A stretch of DNA of 64,000 nt, taken from the NCBI RefSeq assembly GCF_046292185.1, contig NZ_JBKBQY010000001.1:55497-119496 (forward strand), read 5' to 3'. Below are positions 59,116 through 64,000 of this stretch, in pieces. Under the pieces are notes generated by a model, which was not told the DNA's origin, made no database searches, and worked only from the letters and a program-made list of their open reading frames with translations. Within the stretch, counting starts at the first letter, position 1. Each line of letters begins with the position of its first letter. The DNA is from Yoonia sp. Its GTDB lineage: Bacteria; Pseudomonadota; Alphaproteobacteria; Rhodobacterales; Rhodobacteraceae. Position numbers and translations under genes: made by a program.

Positions 59116-60138
59116 TCAACCGCGCAACAGACCCACGATATCATGGGTCTTTTGCAGGATCGGTGCTGCAATCGCGCGGGCCTTGTCGGCGCCTTGGGCC
59201 AGAATACGGTCAATTTCTGCCGGGTCCGCCATGAAACGCGCCATATCTGTCGAAATCGGCGCGAGCTTGGCCACCGCCAGATCGGCCAGCGCCGGTTTGA
59301 ACGTGCCCCAGCCTGCGCCGGGATATTGCGCGATCACCGCCTCTGGCGTGGTGTCGTCCAACGCTGCGTAAATCTCGACCAGATTGCGTGCCTCTGGCCG
59401 GGTTGTCAGCCCTTCGACAGTTTCGGGGAGCGGTTCGGGGTCGGTCTTGGCCTTCCTGAACTTCCTGGCGATCGTGTCGGCATCATCCAGCATGTTGATC
59501 CGTTCCATATCGCTTTCGCCGGATTTGGACATTTTCCTGGTGCCGTCGCGTAGGTTCATCACGCGCGTCGCGGGTCCATCGATCACCGGTTCGGTCATCG
59601 GAAAGAAATCAACGCCGTAATCATGGTTGAACTTCGCCGCGATATCGCGCGTCAGTTCGACATGCTGTTTCTGATCCTCGCCCACTGGGACATGGGTGGC
59701 GTGATAGATCAGAATGTCAGCCGCCATCAACGACGGATAGGCATAAAGGCCCAGCGATGCCTTTTCCGCATTCGATCCCGCCTTGTCCTTGAACTGGGTC
59801 ATCCGGTTCATCCAGCCGACGCGGGCGACGCAATTGAAGATCCAAGCCAATTCGGCATGGGCTGACACCCGGCTTTGGTTGAACAGAATGGATTTCGCCG
59901 GATCGAGGCCAGCGGCCAGATAGCCCGCTGCAACTTCGCGTGTTCCGTTGGCGAGATCCTTGGGGTCCTGCCAGACCGTGATCGCGTGCAGATCGACCAC
60001 GCAATAGATCGTTTCCATGGATCCTTGAATGCCGACAAACCGCTTGATTGCGCCCAGATAATTGCCCAATTGCAACCCGCCTGATGGTTTGATGCCGGAA
60101 AACACACGTGGAGTAAAACTTGTCTGGGTCATGGTCAC
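59116..60138 (-). CDS. trpS: Tryptophan--tRNA ligase
   Basis: 340 aa. HIGH-like region ([15 protein letters not shown]) and KMSKS. Confidence 0.97.
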   Translation of the reverse strand: MTMTQTSFTPRVFSGIKPSGGLQLGNYLGAIKRFVGIQGSMETIYCVVDLHAITVWQDPKDLANGTREVAAGYLAAGLDPAKSILFNQSRVSAHAELAWIFNCVARVGWMNRMTQFKDKAGSNAEKASLGLYAYPSLMAADILIYHATHVPVGEDQKQHVELTRDIAAKFNHDYGVDFFPMTEPVIDGPATRVMNLRDGTRKMSKSGESDMERINMLDDADTIARKFRKAKTDPEPLPETVEGLTTRPEARNLVEIYAALDDTTPEAVIAQYPGAGWGTFKPALADLAVAKLAPISTDMARFMADPAEIDRILAQGADKARAIAAPILQKTHDIVGLLRG

Positions 60139-60216
60139 TGTCCGGGCTGGATTTCAGGCTGAGGCTCGCATACCCATGCCAGACAGACCCGTCAACTTCA
60201 ACAGCCGCAAAGGGCT

Positions 60217-60900
60217 TTGCCGATGTCCGAGAAACCGATCAACGATCTTTCGCCTGTCGTCATCGCACTTGCCCTGCTGATCATCGGGGCAGAGGCTGTG
60301 TTTCAGCTCGCCAATGCCGGATTGGTTGGTGGTCCGCGCGGCGTCGGCTGGCGGATGGAGGGGATCGGCATGTTCGGCTATTCTCCCGCGGTGCTGGAAA
60401 GGGTGTTGGTGCAGCATGATTTTTCGCCTGATATCCTGTGGCGGTTCGTGACCTATCCATTCATCAATGTCGAAATCGTGCAGGCGGCGTTTTGTGCCGC
60501 GCTGACCCTGGCGCTGGGCAAGTTCACATCCGAATATTTTGGCGGGCTGAAGGTGCTGGCAATCTATTTCATGACCGCAATTGTCGGGGCCGTCATCTAT
60601 GGGCTGCTGGTTGAGGGGAACGCACCGTTGCTGGGCGGCTTCACCCCGGTTTACGGCTTGATTGGCGCCTATACTTATGTGCTCTGGCTGCGGCTGGGGC
60701 AGGCGGGCGAGAACCAACTGCGGGCGTTTCAACTGATCGGGTTCCTGCTGGCGCTGCAATTGCTGTTCGGGCTGATCTTTGGCGGCGGTCAGTCGTGGAT
60801 CGCGGAATTGTCGGGTTTTGCGGCGGGTCTCGCGCTGGCGATCCCTCTGGCACCGGGCGGCTGGGCCTTGCTGTTGCACCGGTTGCGCGAGCGGTCCTGA
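60217..60900 (+). CDS. Rhomboid-fold membrane protein lacking the catalytic Ser/His (likely pseudoprotease)
   Basis: 227 aa, 6 TM, conserved WR motif (ILWRFVTYPF). GGFTPVYGLIGA stands where GxSGxxxGLxGA is expected, and AELSGFAAG where AHxGGxxxG is expected. Confidence 0.7.
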   Translation: MPMSEKPINDLSPVVIALALLIIGAEAVFQLANAGLVGGPRGVGWRMEGIGMFGYSPAVLERVLVQHDFSPDILWRFVTYPFINVEIVQAAFCAALTLALGKFTSEYFGGLKVLAIYFMTAIVGAVIYGLLVEGNAPLLGGFTPVYGLIGAYTYVLWLRLGQAGENQLRAFQLIGFLLALQLLFGLIFGGGQSWIAELSGFAAGLALAIPLAPGGWALLLHRLRERS

Positions 60901-61129
60901 AATGTGAGCGAGCCGGGAAACATGGGCGCGGATAACTTCCTCTGCCCCAAGGGTGAGTACATATGCAAAGTTGCTTGTCTTGTCCTGCTGAGCACTCGCG
61001 CATGTATTCAATCACGAGACAGGCAGGTGATCCCAAGGCTGCACCATTTCTTGCGATAGTCTGACAATGATCACCGCCCGAAGAGCATCCCGGCACAGGT
61101 GTCGTGACAGATTGGATGATCTTTAGAAC

Positions 61130-61639
61130 TTACTCATCATGGCGGATGAAACTGATTTCGCCGTTCCTCTCCAGTCTGGCCTCCTTGATCTTTTCCAAGT
61201 CTTGCAAGCCGGCCCGGAGCCGCAAGGCTTCGAGCAGATCGTCCCGACTGAGGTTGCTTCGGCGCATCGCGTCCCAGTCAACCTTGCCATCCTGAATGAG
61301 CCTGCGCGCGCTACCCTTGACCAAAGTTCCGAAAGGGTCGAACCGGACAGCGACGTTTGCGAAAATACCGTGAAGTGCGACCAGAACCAGCGCGGCGCAT
61401 AATGTCGGTACAAACGGCGATTGCCCGGTAATGGCCCGACTGATGACAGAGCCCAGCATAACACCAAGAATAACATCAAATGCGGTGTTGGCTCCGATGA
61501 AGCGCTTATTCCCGAACCGTACGATCATGAGCGCAAAGGCAAAAACCACGACGGCGCGAGCAACCATGTGCCGGACGCTGAGCGTGTCTTCGTCCAATCC
61601 CAGTAACCAAACGAAAAAAGCCCCGGTCTCTGCGATCAT
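61130..61639 (-). CDS. DUF421 (YetF-like) membrane protein
   Basis: 169 aa. Three N-terminal TM segments then a soluble C-domain (…LIQDGKVDWDAMRRSNLSRDDLLEALR…). Confidence 0.7.
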   Translation of the reverse strand: MIAETGAFFVWLLGLDEDTLSVRHMVARAVVVFAFALMIVRFGNKRFIGANTAFDVILGVMLGSVISRAITGQSPFVPTLCAALVLVALHGIFANVAVRFDPFGTLVKGSARRLIQDGKVDWDAMRRSNLSRDDLLEALRLRAGLQDLEKIKEARLERNGEISFIRHDE

Positions 61640-61691
61640 ATTGTAGCTCTTTGTTCATTGGCCCATCAACGTCTCTTGGTCCAAGGTTGCA

Positions 61692-61725
61692 TTGATAGGT
61701 CAATTTTGCATGCTGTTTGATAGGT
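61692..61725. repeat. Direct repeat TTGATAGGT (61692-61700 and 61717-61725), each copy flanked by a GGTTGC motif, upstream of the DUF421 gene
   Basis: Read directly in a 40% G+C stretch (61681-61740: 24/60 by my count). 53-86 nt upstream of the DUF421 ATG. Confidence 0.35.
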
Positions 61726-62004
61726 TGCGAGGCAAAAAATGCTCCGCCACCCCACGAAGAACACCATCTCAGCGATGAGTATGTGAATGCTACCCGTCTG
61801 TAGCCATTCTTCGTATCATGATCATGATGGCCAATGTCTATACCGCTGCAGTTGTCCAGGGTCGGGACAACAAGAATGATCGCTGCTGCGCCATGAAACA
61901 CGGCCTGCGGCGCGACAGACGATACACAAAAATCAACGGACAAGTATTTCAGGCAAAGCGAACAGGGCGCCCTCGTGTGGATATCCCCGCGCAGGTGATG
62001 AAGA

Positions 62005-63567
62005 TCAGCGTTTCATCGCGCGGCGAAATTCAGCCAGCCGGAAGGCACCGATCAACTGGCCGATTCCGAAGTAGCTGACCGCCCCCAGTACAATCAATGC
62101 AAGCAGCGCCAGATAGCGCCAGGTCGGGATCGCGAAAAGCGGGGCCATCACATGGGCAAGCGCGGCAAGGATCAGCCCCATCGCCACGGATGCAGCGATG
62201 ATCCGGGGCAAGCGCGATTTGAACCGCGCGTCGAAATCGGCAGCCTCACCCATGTTCCGGCTGCCACGCCACAATAGCCAGACCATCGCCCAAGCGGTCG
62301 CACTGGTGCCATAGGCGGCGGCGATAAAGCCGAGGAACGGCGACAGGCCCACGGCAAGCACGGCATTCAGGACCAGCGCTGCAAGCGCGTAATAGAACGG
62401 GCGTTTGGTGTCTTCGCGCGCAAAAAACAGTGGCTGCAAGGTCTTTTGCATGACAAAGGCGGGCAGGCCCAGCCCATAAACCGCCACGGCAAAGGCGGTG
62501 GCGGCGGTATCATCCGGGCCAAAGGCACCGCGTTGGAACAGCACCCCGACTAAGGGGAGCGCAATCACCATCAGCGCCACCGCAGCGGGGATCGTCAGGG
62601 CGAGCGAGACTTCACAGGCGCGGTTGAACGCATCCTTGCCCCCCGCGAGATCATTCGCGCGCAACCGCCGCGACAGGTCAGGCAGCAGCACGACGCCGAT
62701 GGCGATGCCGACAACGCCGAGGGGAAGTTGATACAGCCGGTCGGCATAGGACAGCCATGAAAAAGCACCGTCGAAATAGCTGGCAACCTGCCGGCCCACC
62801 AGCAGGTTGATCTGCACCACGCCACCGGCCAGCGCGGCAGGGGCAGCGATGATCGCCAGCCGTTTCAGTGCGGGCGTCATCCGCGGGCGCCCGATCCGCA
62901 AGGTAAAACCGGCGCGGCTTGCCGCCCACCAGACCACCGCCAATTGCCCGATCCCAGCCAGCGGCACGGTGCAGGCCAGCCATAGGCCGATCCGTTCGGG
63001 CTGTTCCATTGCAGGCATTGTCCCGGTGGCCGCCGCGATCAGGATCGCGGCCACGAAACCCGCGTTCAGGATCACCGGCGCGGCGGCCGCAGCGGTAAAG
63101 CGACCGGTGGCATTCAGCACGCCCGACAGCAAGGCAGTCAGCGAGATGAACAGGATATAGGGAAAGGCGATCCGCCCGTAATAAACCGCCAGCTCGAACC
63201 GTTCGTCACCGATGAATCCGCTGGCCATCGCCGCCACCAACGCGGGCATTGCGATGATCCCGATCACAGTGAAGATCGACAGGATCACCGACATCGCCAG
63301 AAACGCATCCTGCGCGAATTCCTGCGGGCGGTCATTCGCCTCCAGCTTTTTGGAGAACATCGGCACGAAGGCCATGTTGAACGCGCCTTCGGCAAAAAAG
63401 CGGCGGAACAGGTTGGGCAGGGAAAAAGCCGCGAGAAAAGCCTCGGCTACCGGGCCGGAGCCCAGATAGGCCGCGATAAAGATATCACGTACGAAACCCG
63501 CCAGGCGGCTGAGCAAGGTCCACAGACCGACTGTGAAAAAGCCGGACATCAGGCGCACCTGTTTCAT
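62005..63567 (-). CDS. murJ: Lipid II flippase MurJ
   Basis: ORF trimmed to ATG 63565-63567 (MKQVRLMSGFFTVGLWTLLSRLAGFVRD...), the MurJ/MviN signature N-terminus. 14 TM. Confidence 0.93.
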   Translation of the reverse strand: MKQVRLMSGFFTVGLWTLLSRLAGFVRDIFIAAYLGSGPVAEAFLAAFSLPNLFRRFFAEGAFNMAFVPMFSKKLEANDRPQEFAQDAFLAMSVILSIFTVIGIIAMPALVAAMASGFIGDERFELAVYYGRIAFPYILFISLTALLSGVLNATGRFTAAAAAPVILNAGFVAAILIAAATGTMPAMEQPERIGLWLACTVPLAGIGQLAVVWWAASRAGFTLRIGRPRMTPALKRLAIIAAPAALAGGVVQINLLVGRQVASYFDGAFSWLSYADRLYQLPLGVVGIAIGVVLLPDLSRRLRANDLAGGKDAFNRACEVSLALTIPAAVALMVIALPLVGVLFQRGAFGPDDTAATAFAVAVYGLGLPAFVMQKTLQPLFFAREDTKRPFYYALAALVLNAVLAVGLSPFLGFIAAAYGTSATAWAMVWLLWRGSRNMGEAADFDARFKSRLPRIIAASVAMGLILAALAHVMAPLFAIPTWRYLALLALIVLGAVSYFGIGQLIGAFRLAEFRRAMKR

Positions 63568-63586
63568 GCAGCGCGTCCTGTTTTGA

Positions 63587-64000
63587 TCAAGATATCGCCT
63601 GCTTTGCACCCTGCACGATGGCTTCGCGCAATTTGCGTTCCAGGCTTTGGCGCTTGGCTTCCGAATGATATTTCAACCCGACCATATCCTTGACATAGAA
63701 CGTATCCACCACCTGTTCGCCATAGGTCGCAATCACGGCAGAGGCAATATAGACATGCGCATTGGCCAGTGTCCGCGTCAGATCATAAAGCAGACCGGGA
63801 CGGTCGCGGGTATCCACCTCGATGATTGTGTAGATTTCCGACCCTTCATTATCGAATGTGATCTTGGTATCGACCCTGAATGCACGTTCGCGTTTCTTGA
63901 TCTTGTCCTTGTCTTTCAACGCCTCGCGCGCCACGACTTCACCGCGCAGGGTGCGGCTGATCATCTGGCGCAGGCGTTGCAGGCGGCTTTCCTCATAAGG
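63587..64000 (-). CDS. glnD: [Protein-PII] uridylyltransferase, C-terminal ACT-domain part (gene continues beyond the window end)
   Basis: The frame is open to position 64000 (hand-checked upstream of the listed Met). ACT-like IEVDTRDRPGLLYDLTRTLANAHVYIASAVIATYGEQVVDTFYVKD. glnD-murJ synteny is typical of alphaproteobacteria. Confidence 0.75.
   Translation of the reverse strand, partial: PYEESRLQRLRQMISRTLRGEVVAREALKDKDKIKKRERAFRVDTKITFDNEGSEIYTIIEVDTRDRPGLLYDLTRTLANAHVYIASAVIATYGEQVVDTFYVKDMVGLKYHSEAKRQSLERKLREAIVQGAKQAIS

Noticed and set aside
60922-61059. 45-codon Cys-rich ORF (MGADNFLCPKGEYICKVACLVLLSTRACIQ...) in the non-coding flank after the rhomboid gene.
   Set aside because: There is no RBS, no recognisable family, and it is short enough to arise by chance. 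It is mentioned only as a candidate if transcript or peptide data appear.
61122-61128. TTTAGAA half of an Irr/ICE box at the DUF421 stop codon.
   Set aside because: The second half-site is absent (ACTCATC instead of TTCTAAA), so it is a chance half-match.
61506-61943. 145-aa minus-strand ORF spanning the DUF421 upstream region.
   Set aside because: It overlaps the DUF421 coding start out of frame by 134 nt. The translation is Cys/Trp/Arg-rich with no family resemblance, and it lies in AT-rich, probably regulatory DNA.

Overview
High-GC, densely coding chromosomal segment whose gene content looks alphaproteobacterial and Rhodobacteraceae-like. I call about 66 CDS and one tRNA. I found no transposase, integrase or phage genes and no CRISPR array.

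Gene content in order: sseA (5' end), smpB, dapA, slt; a split mnmC pair; a cupin plus pxpBCA; an RND efflux pair; a Hint-domain protein; fadD; a BASS transporter; tRNA-Ala(GGC); and a GntR regulator. Next comes a central-carbon block: mdh | sucCDAB-MAPEG-lpdA and sdhCDA-lipoprotein-sdhB, interleaved with four ethylmalonyl-CoA (EMC) pathway genes (mcl2-like, mch, ecm, ccr). The window then carries two nucleoside phosphorylases, a BMP-type nucleoside ABC transporter, nifU-tsaB-rimI, trpS, murJ and the 3' end of glnD.

I do not see a convincing novel multi-gene system such as a defence island. The best signals are cis-regulatory:
- A phased pair of GTGATCAC palindromes with the same architecture sits upstream of both sucC and sdhC. 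A single copy sits in front of the GntR gene.
- Related AT-centred palindromes lie just upstream of the EMC genes mcl2-like and ecm, with a degenerate version upstream of ccr.
- A perfect Irr/ICE box lies upstream of the nifU-family operon.

Secondary curiosities are uncharacterised genes that are translationally coupled inside conserved operons, a Hint-domain protein with an unrecognised N-terminal domain, a rhomboid-fold protein lacking the catalytic dyad, and an AT-rich insert between trpS and murJ.

All functional calls come from reading the translations and from memory of protein families. No searches were run.
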